53,310 nucleotides of DNA from Thermoanaerobaculia bacterium (GCA_035276365.1 DATELS010000330.1:1-53310), one strand, 5' to 3'; positions 1 to 8,812 are shown, counted from the first letter of the stretch. The notes: generated by a model from the letters alone, not told the origin. Made by a program: numbers and translations.

Positions 1-726
1 CACGCGGACCCGAGGATGCGTCGTGACGACGCGATTCAGAATCGCCTCGATGTTCTGCGTCGCCGACGTCGTCAGATCGGCAAACTCGAACCGATCAGGG
101 AGCTGCCCTCCGACGAGCAGTCGGATGATCCGTTCGGCTGCACCGCGTTGCAGCTCGAGTTGCTCCACGCGTTCCTCCGCCCGCAGGCGTTCCACCTGGA
201 TGCGCAGCCGATCAACTTCGCGCGTTTCACCGAGCTCCGCGCGGCGGTTCACGAGTTGCTCGAGCTGTCGCGCCACTTCGAGATCTTCCCGGGCCGCAGG
301 GAGGGAACGGTCCAGGGCGAGCAGCTCCACGTACGCGGATCGTAGCGTCGCGCGAAAGCCGAGCAGCACCAGGTCACGCGCGCTCTCCTCCGCCGCCACC
401 TGCGCCTCGAACGCCTCGCGGCGAGCACCGCGGCGGCCAAAGAGGTCGATCGGCTGCGTTACACGAAAAGCGGACTGCGTGCCGCTCTCGCCATCGCTTC
501 TGGCGGATGCCGCTTCGACCTCCACTTCGGTGTTGGGAAAGGCGCGGCTCTGCAGAAGCTCGCCGCGTGCCTGCGCGATCGCCGATTGCGCGGCGCGCAG
601 CCCCGGGTCGGCCGTCTGCGCCATCGTGACGAGCTGCTCGAACGTGAGGCGCTGAGCGGGCGCCGGTTCCTGTGCCGGCGCCGTGAGTGTCGCCGCAAGG
701 GCGACGCACAAAATGATGATTCTCAA
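1..726 (-). CDS. TolC/CzcC-family outer-membrane efflux protein, N-terminal 242 codons; the rest lies beyond the window start
   Basis: Frame is open from TTG at 726 (GGAGG 5 nt upstream) to base 1. It is absent from the ORF track because it has no stop. Translation begins (M)RIIILCVALAATLTAPAQE (signal peptide), then LTFEQLVTMAQTADPGLRAAQSAIAQARGELLQSRAFPNTEVEV. This parallels the N-terminus of the CzcC-like ORF at 21977. Confidence 0.7.
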   Translation of the reverse strand, partial: MRIIILCVALAATLTAPAQEPAPAQRLTFEQLVTMAQTADPGLRAAQSAIAQARGELLQSRAFPNTEVEVEAASARSDGESGTQSAFRVTQPIDLFGRRGARREAFEAQVAAEESARDLVLLGFRATLRSAYVELLALDRSLPAAREDLEVARQLEQLVNRRAELGETREVDRLRIQVERLRAEERVEQLELQRGAAERIIRLLVGGQLPDRFEFADLTTSATQNIEAILNRVVTTHPRVRV

Positions 727-769
727 ATGGACCTCCGAAAACGCGGTGAGCGGAGCGGCGAACGCAGCG

Positions 770-1084
770 TCAGCCGCGTTCGTCGGGCGGGATATCGACG
801 GCAGTGACCGCACTGAGCGGATTTCCGGCGGACGCCGTGGGCAGGACGGTAGCCTGCATAAGAGGCGTGTGGGGCGCTGTCGATTCGATCAACGCAGTGC
901 CCGAACAGATACAGGCGTGGCAGTCGAGCGAACCTGCATCATCGGAGCAGACATCGTTCGCCGTCATCGTCGATCCGGTTGCGCGAACTGCGACAACGAT
1001 GTCATCACAGCACCAGCTGGCGTCGATCGCGAGTAGCGCGATCAACACGAGCACTGCGCTCCGAAACATCGCTTTCGACCTCAT
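770..1084 (-). CDS. Small membrane-anchored Cys-rich protein (104 aa), distant relative of the CFCCCSH proteins at 18695 and 21541
   Basis: The internal ATG at 1084 overlaps the lspA stop (ATGA). Sequence is MRSKAMFRSAVLVLIALLAIDASWCCDD...LDCHACICSG...DIPPDERG, i.e. one TM helix followed by Cys clusters. It sits directly upstream of an outer-membrane factor gene, like its relatives. Confidence 0.5.
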   Translation of the reverse strand: MRSKAMFRSAVLVLIALLAIDASWCCDDIVVAVRATGSTMTANDVCSDDAGSLDCHACICSGTALIESTAPHTPLMQATVLPTASAGNPLSAVTAVDIPPDERG

Positions 1085-1575
1085 GTCCGCGCCTCGCTGG
1101 TCGCAGTGCGTCTGCTCGCGAGAAGGAGCGTGCCGATTCCGATACAGATCGCGACGTCGGCGAGATTGAACGCCGGCCAGTGATGCGCACCATTGGCCGT
1201 CCGCACGTAGAAGTCGAGAAAGTCCACCACCGGTCCGAGCGTCACCCGGTTCACGATGTTGCCGAGCGCTCCGCCGAGGACGAGATGCAATCCGACCTGC
1301 ATCCATCGGTCCGTAAGAGGAGTTCGCAGTGCGGTCAAGAACACGACGGCTGCAATGATCGCTGATGCGCCCGTGAGAAGCCATGGAAGGGCTCGCCCGA
1401 GATCAGCGCCGAGCCCGAATACGGCACCGGGGTTCCGCACATGCACGAGGTTGAACCAGCCGTCCACGACGGTGCGAACACTGCCGACGGGCAGCCATTC
1501 TCGGATGACCGCCTTCGTCGCCAGGCCGGCCGCCGCGACACCGAGCGCAATGAGAAGCAGCGTCAGGCGCGTCAT
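1081..1575 (-). CDS. lspA: Lipoprotein signal peptidase (signal peptidase II)
   Basis: MTRLTLLLIALGVAAAG...FNLVHVRNPGAVFGLG...LGGALGNIVNRV..VVDFLDF....WPAFNLADVAICIG contains the conserved LspA motifs. The start at 1575 overlaps the lgt stop by 4 nt. Confidence 0.9.
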   Translation of the reverse strand: MTRLTLLLIALGVAAAGLATKAVIREWLPVGSVRTVVDGWFNLVHVRNPGAVFGLGADLGRALPWLLTGASAIIAAVVFLTALRTPLTDRWMQVGLHLVLGGALGNIVNRVTLGPVVDFLDFYVRTANGAHHWPAFNLADVAICIGIGTLLLASRRTATSEART

Positions 1576-2375
1576 GTCGCTTCTCCTTGGATAGGAGGCG
1601 AGACTCGTCGCACCTGCAACCACGTGCCGATAGCGATCAAGATGACACTGATCAGTTGTGCGATGGTGAACGGCCCGAGGAAGCGATCATCCTTGACGCG
1701 TACGAACTCGACGAGAAATCGCTCCACACCGAGCAGGATCAGGAACATACCGAACTGAGATCCGCGCGCGGGCGCACGTCGCTGACGCCACATCAGGATG
1801 GCGAAGATCGCGAGACCCGCAGCGACTTCGTAAAGCTGCGTTGGATGAACGCGAAGCAGCGTTTCCGGTGCCAATGAAGGATCGACATGCGCCCCCGCCG
1901 CCCGCAGTGCTTCGGCGGTCGTCGGTGGACTTCCTTTCGGGAAGGCGACGCCGACGATGCTCGACGTCGGGCGGCCGTAGTCATCGCCCACGAAGAAGCA
2001 CGCCAGCCTTCCGACGCCATAGCCGATGGCCAGCGCAGGTGCGGCCGCATCCGCCACGGTAAGGTAGGGCAGCCTCCGCCGCCTCACCACGATCGTGCAG
2101 GCGATCCAGCCGCCGATCAGACCTCCGTACCAGACCAGCCCCGCGCGCGAGAACAGCGCTGAGAGATCGCGAAACAGGATCGCGTAGTAGATCTTCGCTC
2201 CGACGATCCCGCCGATCGCGGCCCATACCGTCAGCGTCGAGCCGAGCTCCGGATCGATTTCGGATCGGCGGAGACTCTTCGACAGCACCACCGACGCGAC
2301 CAGGAACGCGAGGAACATGAACAGACCGAAGGTCGTGATCTCGAAGTCGCCGATGCGGATGAGCGTGGGATACAT
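1572..2375 (-). CDS. lgt: Prolipoprotein diacylglyceryl transferase
   Basis: 267 aa, multi-TM. Contains MYPTLIRIGDFEITTFGLFMFLAF, LVWYGGLIGG, GRLACFFVGDDYGRPT and HPTQLYE, which are typical Lgt blocks. Confidence 0.9.
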   Translation of the reverse strand: MYPTLIRIGDFEITTFGLFMFLAFLVASVVLSKSLRRSEIDPELGSTLTVWAAIGGIVGAKIYYAILFRDLSALFSRAGLVWYGGLIGGWIACTIVVRRRRLPYLTVADAAAPALAIGYGVGRLACFFVGDDYGRPTSSIVGVAFPKGSPPTTAEALRAAGAHVDPSLAPETLLRVHPTQLYEVAAGLAIFAILMWRQRRAPARGSQFGMFLILLGVERFLVEFVRVKDDRFLGPFTIAQLISVILIAIGTWLQVRRVSPPIQGEAT

Positions 2376-2376
2376 G

Positions 2377-3651
2377 TCAGTGCCTTACCGATCGGCGACG
2401 CGTGGCTAAGCGCCGTAGTAATGCGGCCCTGTCGTGGGCGTCGATGGTTCCGTCTGCGTTCACGTCAGCGCCCCAGCTCGCGGCAACGTTGCCTCGTTGC
2501 GCATCGATCGTCCGCTGCACGGCGCCGTCGGTCAGCTCTCGATCGAGCGCCTCGAGGTCTGCCCGATCAACGGTGCCGTCGCCGTTCGCATCTCCTGCTT
2601 GCGGAAGGGTGACCTTGTAGATCGTGGTGGGCGTCGCGACGTAGATGCTTCCGTCGCGAGACTGCACGACATCGATCAGCGGGTCTTCGACCGGGTTCGC
2701 CGTGTGCTGCGGGACGGTCCGGCGTGCGCCGAACGATGAAACGCCTTCCGTATCGATCAGCGGAATCGGGTCCGGCATCGGCACCGCGTATGGATCGGGA
2801 ATGTAATAGAGCGTCTTCGTCACATACGCAGCGAGGAGCATTCCTCCGCGCGCGTAGCCGCCGAGGCTCGAGACTGAGATTGTGCCGGTCGGAGCCACAG
2901 TCGGTGCGAAGACGTAAGCGGGTGCGAGCATTCCATCGCGTGACGGCTTCGTCCCCTCGCCATACGGCCAGCCGCCGTTGTCGCCGAAGGAGACGATGTT
3001 GATCTCGTCCTGCCCACTCGAGCCGTTGTCGGGCACGATCAGTTTTCCAGTTGTCGCATCGACGACCAGGTCAAATGGATTACGGAAGCCGAGCGCGTAC
3101 ATGGTCGAAGTCCCGTCGCGCTGAACGCGGTGAATTTTCCCCGCGGGCCAGTCGGGCCGTTGCGCGTAGACGAAGGGAAGATCCCAGTCGCCGATCGGGA
3201 CATAGACGGAGTCGTCGGGCCCGACTACAGGATTCCCGCCGTGATGCTCCGGCAGGCAGCTCGACCAGTGCATGCAGTTGAACCGCGCCAACTCGCGCGT
3301 CGCGGCGCTGTTCGAGTCGATCTCCGCGAGCACATCCGCGCTGATCGTCGGCGTCACGTAATGCGCGACGATGCTGTCGTCACTTCGGAAAGCGATGCCG
3401 AGCAACGCTGCGTTCCCTTCGTTGGCCGTCTCGACTCGAGTCAGAAGGACGCTGTCCGTGCCTTCGATGCGGTAGATCCCGCCGTCCGTCGTCGAGTACC
3501 AGAGCCGGTTGCGCGAATCGATGGCGAGTGACGTCACGAACCCTGCTGTCGCCGCGACTCGCGTGAGCCTCATCCCTGGAACCGTGTCCGCACGCAACGC
3601 CGTGACGGCGAACAGCGTGAGGAGCACTGCGAAGGACGGCGCTCGGTTCAT
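2377..3651 (-). CDS. Secreted PQQ-dependent sugar (sorbosone/glucose) dehydrogenase-like beta-propeller with two C-terminal dockerin/EF-hand-like repeats
   Basis: Start taken at MNRAPSFAVLLTLFAVTALRA (signal peptide); its ATG overlaps the upstream stop. Contains HHGGNPVVGPDDSVYVPIGD and GFRNPFDLVVD...DEINIVSFGDNGGWP. C-terminal repeats are GDANGDGTVDRADLEAL and DVNADGTIDAHDRAALL. Confidence 0.7.
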   Translation of the reverse strand: MNRAPSFAVLLTLFAVTALRADTVPGMRLTRVAATAGFVTSLAIDSRNRLWYSTTDGGIYRIEGTDSVLLTRVETANEGNAALLGIAFRSDDSIVAHYVTPTISADVLAEIDSNSAATRELARFNCMHWSSCLPEHHGGNPVVGPDDSVYVPIGDWDLPFVYAQRPDWPAGKIHRVQRDGTSTMYALGFRNPFDLVVDATTGKLIVPDNGSSGQDEINIVSFGDNGGWPYGEGTKPSRDGMLAPAYVFAPTVAPTGTISVSSLGGYARGGMLLAAYVTKTLYYIPDPYAVPMPDPIPLIDTEGVSSFGARRTVPQHTANPVEDPLIDVVQSRDGSIYVATPTTIYKVTLPQAGDANGDGTVDRADLEALDRELTDGAVQRTIDAQRGNVAASWGADVNADGTIDAHDRAALLRRLATRRRSVRH

Positions 3652-4298
3652 GTCGGTTTGCGAGCCTTCATCAGTCCGAGCGTTCCGCCGATCGTCTGGA
3701 ACGTCAGCGTCTCGATTACCTCCACAAAACCCGCTGCGGCCACCATGCCCGGAATCCGTCCCTCGGCGTTGTCGCGCGTCGTCGGACCATCGAGCCATCG
3801 CACCGCACCGAACACGGTGCGCGCAAAGATCCCGGCCGGCTTCGCCCAATCGGCGACGTGCAGCTCCCCACCTGGCCGGAGCACGCGCAACATCTCGGCG
3901 AGGGTGCGCTCCTTGTCCGCGGTCGTGAGGTGATGCAGCACAAGACTCGTCAGGATCCGGTCGAAGGACGCGTCCGGATACGGCAGCGCGGTCGCGAACC
4001 CCTCATCGAACTGCACGCTCACGTGACCGGCTTTCGCACGGGCGATCGCAAGGATCTTCGGATCTCCGTCAATCCCGATCACCTCCGCGGTCGGCACGGC
4101 CTGCTTCGTCATCAGCGTGAGCGTCCCCGTTCCGCAGCCGACGTCGAGAACGCGATGTCGGGTCTGGATCTGCGCCTGCTTGATGAGCGCGCTCTTGAAC
4201 GTCGTCTCGCGTAGGAACCAGCGGATGAGCGGGTCGTAGAAGCGCGTGAGCGCGTCGTAGCCGAGGGCGGGGATGTAGCCGTGCTTCACCGTCATCAC
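3648..4298 (-). CDS. Class I SAM-dependent methyltransferase
   Basis: Motif I VLDVGCGTGTLT, then VIGIDGDP and LRPGGELHV. GTG at 4298 or ATG at 4295 overlaps the upstream stop. Confidence 0.85.
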   Translation of the reverse strand: MMTVKHGYIPALGYDALTRFYDPLIRWFLRETTFKSALIKQAQIQTRHRVLDVGCGTGTLTLMTKQAVPTAEVIGIDGDPKILAIARAKAGHVSVQFDEGFATALPYPDASFDRILTSLVLHHLTTADKERTLAEMLRVLRPGGELHVADWAKPAGIFARTVFGAVRWLDGPTTRDNAEGRIPGMVAAAGFVEVIETLTFQTIGGTLGLMKARKPT

Positions 4299-5677
4299 CG
4301 TTGCTCCGTTACCTTCAGCGGAATGACCTGGCGGAACTTTCCGCCCGTCGATTGTTCCGGCGGCTCGGATGCGCGTTCGATGCGCACGTGGGAAAGATCG
4401 TGCTCCGCGAGAAGCCGCGTCAGCGCGTCGGAGAGCGATCGCCAGATGCGGTCGGAGTCGCCGTCCGAAGTGAGCCGCAACCGCACGCGCAAAGCGGCCC
4501 GGCCGGTCTGCACGATCTGCGAAAGCTCTATGTCATCGACACGCTCCGTGACCGCGGCGAAAGCCAGCGGAGGAATGCTGACCTGCTGTCCATTCGCGCG
4601 CTCGAACGTCAGCACGTCGGCGGCGCGGCCCTGCACGCGAATCGCAGGCAGCGGATTGCCGCACGGACAGGGATCGGGGCGCTGCAGAACGCTGTCGCCC
4701 AGGTCGTAGCGAAGGATCGGCTGGACGCGGTTGGCGAGGTTGCTGATCAGCACCGTGTACGACTGCTCACCGGCCGGCACTGGCTGATATTCGGCATTGA
4801 CCGGCTCGACGACGACCCAGTCCGCATTGATGTGCAGCCATCGCTCCTCGCATCCGTAGCTGAGAAAGGTGCATTCCGTCGAGGCGTAGCTGTTGCCGAC
4901 CCTCGCGTCGAACGCCTTGGCGATCCGCGCGTATTCGTCAATCGGCAATCCCTCGGCTGACAGCGCGAGAAGAACCGGATGAATCGCCAGTCGCCCTGCT
5001 TCCTGCTCGCTGGCCAGCAACGCGGCCATGCTCGCGTAGGGCGCCATCACAGCCGGTTGGAAGCGATTGAGCTGCTCGACGAGCACTGGGAGCGGTGTCT
5101 GCGCCGGGAAGACGCCCACCCGTTTTCTGCCGCGCGGGCTCTTGCGCATGCGCGCCGCCGCGACCGCGGAGGCGAAGTGCCCGCCGCCCGCCATGATCAT
5201 CGCCATCCGTCCGCCGTGCGCGAAAATCCGCAGCACGTCACCGACGCCGAGCCACGACGTAATCATGCGAAAGGCGATCGCATTCGTCACGGCCATCGTT
5301 CGGTCGTCCAGGACGAACATGCCGCGCGCGCCGGTCGTGCCGGACGTCGTGGCCACGGTGTATTTGCCGAGGAAGCGCTCCGCGATTCGATCCGGATTTT
5401 CCGCCAGCGCGCGCACCTTCTCGAGCGTCACTTCCGGATCGGTGACCCAGTCGTCGAACCGCGCCATCAATCGCTTTTTGTCCGTTACCGGAAGCAGCGC
5501 GGCGTCATCGATTTCCCTCGGCAGATCGCGATAGAGCTCGCGGTAGTAGGGCGAATGGGCGCGCGCGAACGCCGCCATCTCCTCGAAGCGCGATCTCCGC
5601 CGCTGCGCGATCGCTGCCGGACCTTGCTTCATCGCACGCCGGCCGTCGCGAATCAGAGAAAGGAGGCTCTCGCTCAT
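4295..5677 (-). CDS. Adenylate-forming enzyme, phenylacetate-CoA ligase (PaaK)/F390-synthetase-like
   Basis: Start at MSESLLSL (ATG 5677 overlaps the upstream stop). AMP-binding loop is TTSGTTGARGMF. Size is 461 aa, with SYASTEC and RVQGRAADV blocks. The upstream 184 codons of ORF 4295..6229 are Arg/Gly-rich off-frame sequence. Confidence 0.7.
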   Translation of the reverse strand: MSESLLSLIRDGRRAMKQGPAAIAQRRRSRFEEMAAFARAHSPYYRELYRDLPREIDDAALLPVTDKKRLMARFDDWVTDPEVTLEKVRALAENPDRIAERFLGKYTVATTSGTTGARGMFVLDDRTMAVTNAIAFRMITSWLGVGDVLRIFAHGGRMAMIMAGGGHFASAVAAARMRKSPRGRKRVGVFPAQTPLPVLVEQLNRFQPAVMAPYASMAALLASEQEAGRLAIHPVLLALSAEGLPIDEYARIAKAFDARVGNSYASTECTFLSYGCEERWLHINADWVVVEPVNAEYQPVPAGEQSYTVLISNLANRVQPILRYDLGDSVLQRPDPCPCGNPLPAIRVQGRAADVLTFERANGQQVSIPPLAFAAVTERVDDIELSQIVQTGRAALRVRLRLTSDGDSDRIWRSLSDALTRLLAEHDLSHVRIERASEPPEQSTGGKFRQVIPLKVTEQR

Positions 5678-6279
5678 CCGCGTGCCTCGGTCCACGTGTG
5701 CCAGCCTGTCCAGAGCGAGAATGCCGCGATGACGGCTGCCGCGGCCGGATCGGCCCACCACCAGCCGAGGGCTGCGTTCAACGCCAGCCCGGAGAGGACA
5801 TTCAACGAAAGATAGTTCGACAGCCGCGTTTCCGCGGAGTCGGCGATCAGAACCTTGCTGCCGAGGCGCTCGCCGGTCGTCCGCTTCATCCGCGCAACGG
5901 GGATCATTACCGCCAGCGCGATCACGTTCATCGCGATGCCGACGATTGATGGCTCCGGACGTTCCTGCTGCAGCAGCCTGCTGATCGACTCGAACCCTAC
6001 ATAGAGGCCGAGGAGGCAGAACGTGCAGGCGATGAGACGCAGCGCCAGCCGGTGGCGCCTTAGCGAAGCCTGCCGCCGAAGCTGCCAGGCCACGATCATC
6101 GACGCGAACACTTCGATCGCCGAGTCCAGACCGAACCCGATCAGGACGATCGACTGCGCGATGACACCCGCTGTCACCGCCACCACCCCCTCCACGATGT
6201 CCCACGCAATCGTGAAGTACGCCAGCCACAGGCCGCGCCGCAGCAGAGCGTCGTGCGGCATCGCGGCGGCGGCGGTCAT
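5674..6279 (-). CDS. Cation-efflux (CDF-like) membrane protein, transmembrane domain only
   Basis: Start at MTAAAAMPHD (ATG 6279 overlaps the ATPase stop). About 6 TM helices. Contains FGLDSAIEVFAS and LIADSAETRLS, Asp/Glu pairs as in CDF TM2/TM5. There is no cytoplasmic C-terminal domain. Confidence 0.6.
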   Translation of the reverse strand: MTAAAAMPHDALLRRGLWLAYFTIAWDIVEGVVAVTAGVIAQSIVLIGFGLDSAIEVFASMIVAWQLRRQASLRRHRLALRLIACTFCLLGLYVGFESISRLLQQERPEPSIVGIAMNVIALAVMIPVARMKRTTGERLGSKVLIADSAETRLSNYLSLNVLSGLALNAALGWWWADPAAAAVIAAFSLWTGWHTWTEARG

Positions 6280-8387
6280 GACCTCAGCATCCGCAGTCCG
6301 CTGGCGATGACGATGAACTCGCTGAACTCGTGGCCGAGGACAGCCATCGGCAGCGTGAACTTGCCGAGCACGGCACCGGTGACGAAGACGAGAATGACGG
6401 CGATCGACAGCGCGAGGTTCTGCCGCACCACCGATTGATTTCGCTTGGCCAGCTTGATGGCGTAGACGAGCTTCTCGAGATCGTCGGCCATCAGCGCAAC
6501 GTCCGCAGTCTCCAGCGCCACGTCCGTCCCTGCGGCTCCCATGGCGATGCCGACAGTCGCTTCGGCGAGCGCGGGCGCGTCGTTCACGCCGTCGCCCACC
6601 ATGGCCACGTGTCCGTGCTCTTTCGAGAGCTCGCGCACCTTCACCGCTTTGTCTTCCGGCTTGAGGTTCGCGAAGATCCGGTCGATCCCGACCTCGGAGG
6701 CGATCGCTCGTGCCGTCGTTTCGTTGTCGCCGGTGAGCATGGCCACCTGCGTCACGCCGACTGCGTGCAGAGCGGCGATGGCCGCGCGTGCGTTCGGCCG
6801 GATGTTGTCGCGGATGGCGATCGCCGCCCATGCTTCGGTGGGGCTGCCGACGATCACCACGGTGTTCCCGCCGGCGCGCAGTCGCTCGATCTCGCCGCGC
6901 AATGCGTCGAGGCCGACGCGCAACTCGCCTTCGAAGAGCTCCGGACTTCCGATGTACACGTCGTCGTTGCCAATCCGGCCCACTGCGCCCGCTCCGATGA
7001 GCGAGCGGAACTCGTCGAGCGGCTTCGGCTCAACACCCTTCGCCGTCGCATGCGCCACGATCGCGCGCGCCAGCGGATGCTGGCTGCGACTCTCCACTGC
7101 AGCCGCTCGCGCCAGAATCTCTTCAACGGAAATCGCCGTGGTGGCAGTGACGACCTGCGTCACCTCGGGTTCGCCCCGCGTGATGGTGCCGGTCTTGTCC
7201 AGCGCGACGACGCGCACCTTCGCCAGCTCCTCCAGATACACGCCGCCTTTCAGCAGCACGCCTTTGCGCGCTGCCGTGCCGAGGGATGCCACGAGAGTGA
7301 TCGGGATGGCGATCACCAGCGCACATGGCGACGCCGCGACGATGAATACCGTCGCGCGCGTGATCCATGTCCGCCAGTCCGCATCGAACAGCAGCGGCGG
7401 CACGATCGCGACGAGCACGCCGATCGCCAGCACCGCGGGGCTGTAGCGGCGACCGAAGCGCTCGATGAAACGCTCGCTCGTCCCTTTCCGCTCCTGCGCC
7501 TCCTCGACCATCTCGATGATCCGCGCGATGGTGTTGTTGGCGAACGTCTTCGTGGCCCGCACCTCGAGCGAGCCTTCTTCGTTGATGCTGCCCGCGAAGA
7601 CCGGATCTCCTGTCGTCTTCTCGACGGGAACGCTTTCGCCCGTGACCGGTGCCTGATTGACGCTCGAGCGCCCGCCGATCACCTCGCCGTCCGTCGCCAG
7701 CGCCTCGCCCGGACGGACGATGAAGATGTCGCCGACCTGCAGCTCCTCCACCGGGATCTCGACTTCGCGTCCGTCGCGTCGCACCGTGGCGCGCTTCGGC
7801 GTGAGGTCCATCAGCTTCCGGATCGCCGAGCGCGTCTTCTCTTCCGTATACCCCTCGGCCGCTTCCGAGATGGAGTAGAGGAAGGCCAGCATCGCCCCCT
7901 CCATTGCCTCGCCCATGATGATGGCCACCGTCGCGCCGACCGTCATCAGCATCTCGATGCTGATGCGCCGCTCGAAGAGCAGGTCTTCGACTGCCTCGCG
8001 CGCGAAGTAGTACGCGCCAATGACGGCGGAGACGATGTAGATCGCCAGCGTGACCGTTTCGCTCGCGCCGGCGCGGCCGATCAGCCATCCGGCGAGCAGG
8101 AGAACTCCCGATGCGACCGAGGTGATGACCTTCGGGTTCTTCCACGGCTTCGGCGTCTCAGCCATGCCGGGTCCCTCATGCACGGGGAAGCCGAGGTCGC
8201 GCAGCGACGTCTTGATCGCATCCGCGGAGACGCGCTTTTCGTCGAACCGCAGTGCGACCTTCGCCGCCTTCGGGTAGACCTGCAGGTCGGAGATGCCTTC
8301 GACGCGCTCGAGACCGCGCCGGATTGCGGCGGCGTCGCTGTCGCAGTCGAGATGGGCTACGCGGAGCTGAAGTTCCTGATTCGGCAT
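6276..8387 (-). CDS. Heavy-metal P1B-type ATPase with SPC transmembrane motif
   Basis: Start at MPNQELQL. HMA-like N-domain (LRVAHLDCDSDAAAIRRGLERVEGI). Also TGESVPV, SPCALVIAIP, DKTGTIT, GDGVNDAPAL, and HEFSEFIVIASGLRML in the last TM. Confidence 0.9.
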   Translation of the reverse strand: MPNQELQLRVAHLDCDSDAAAIRRGLERVEGISDLQVYPKAAKVALRFDEKRVSADAIKTSLRDLGFPVHEGPGMAETPKPWKNPKVITSVASGVLLLAGWLIGRAGASETVTLAIYIVSAVIGAYYFAREAVEDLLFERRISIEMLMTVGATVAIIMGEAMEGAMLAFLYSISEAAEGYTEEKTRSAIRKLMDLTPKRATVRRDGREVEIPVEELQVGDIFIVRPGEALATDGEVIGGRSSVNQAPVTGESVPVEKTTGDPVFAGSINEEGSLEVRATKTFANNTIARIIEMVEEAQERKGTSERFIERFGRRYSPAVLAIGVLVAIVPPLLFDADWRTWITRATVFIVAASPCALVIAIPITLVASLGTAARKGVLLKGGVYLEELAKVRVVALDKTGTITRGEPEVTQVVTATTAISVEEILARAAAVESRSQHPLARAIVAHATAKGVEPKPLDEFRSLIGAGAVGRIGNDDVYIGSPELFEGELRVGLDALRGEIERLRAGGNTVVIVGSPTEAWAAIAIRDNIRPNARAAIAALHAVGVTQVAMLTGDNETTARAIASEVGIDRIFANLKPEDKAVKVRELSKEHGHVAMVGDGVNDAPALAEATVGIAMGAAGTDVALETADVALMADDLEKLVYAIKLAKRNQSVVRQNLALSIAVILVFVTGAVLGKFTLPMAVLGHEFSEFIVIASGLRMLRS

Positions 8388-8413
8388 CGGAGTGAATCCT
8401 CGGGTGTAATGCT

Positions 8414-8812
8414 TCAGACGAGCTCGCGCACGTGGTCGAATCCTTCGTCGATCAGGCGTCCGATATGCTCGTCGTCGAGCGAGTAGTAAGCGATTTTTCC
8501 CTGCTTGCGGTACCGCACGAGATCCATCTGCCGCAGCGCGCGGAGCGAGTGCGAGACCGCCGACTGCGACGCACCGACGATGGTGGCCAGATCGCAGACG
8601 CACAGCTCTTCCTTCGAGAGAGCGAAAACGATCTTCACGCGCGTGGCGTCGCCGAGGACGCGGAACGTCTCGGCGAGGAGCTGCACGGCGTCGGCGGAGT
8701 GCATCTTGCGGCGGACGCTCGTGACCTTCCGGGCATCGACGACGTTCACTTCACAGGCGTCGTCGTTCGTGTCGACCTTGCGATTCTTCTTCAGTTCGGT
8801 TCGTGCGCTCAT
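8414..8812 (-). CDS. ArsR/SmtB-family metal-sensing repressor (CadC-like Cys pattern)
   Basis: LGDATRVKIVFALSKEELCVCDLATIVGASQSAVSHSLRALRQMDLV is a winged HTH with the ELCVCDL alpha3 site. An N-terminal Cys is present (DDACEV). Confidence 0.9.
   Translation of the reverse strand: MSARTELKKNRKVDTNDDACEVNVVDARKVTSVRRKMHSADAVQLLAETFRVLGDATRVKIVFALSKEELCVCDLATIVGASQSAVSHSLRALRQMDLVRYRKQGKIAYYSLDDEHIGRLIDEGFDHVRELV

Noticed and set aside
5678-6229. N-terminal extensions of listed ORFs (4295..6229, 5674..6831, 6276..8603, 2377..3849, 14009..17008, 1081..1623)
   Set aside because: The extensions are Arg/Gly-rich and overlap the upstream gene. Internal ATGs that coincide with ATGA stop/start overlaps or have good RBSs give proteins that begin where the family or signal peptide begins.
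6330-8486. 718-aa plus-strand ORF
   Set aside because: It is antisense to the P1B-ATPase gene, which carries unmistakable ATPase motifs. Its translation is Arg/Asp/His/Gly-rich low-complexity sequence typical of off-frame reading in high-GC DNA.
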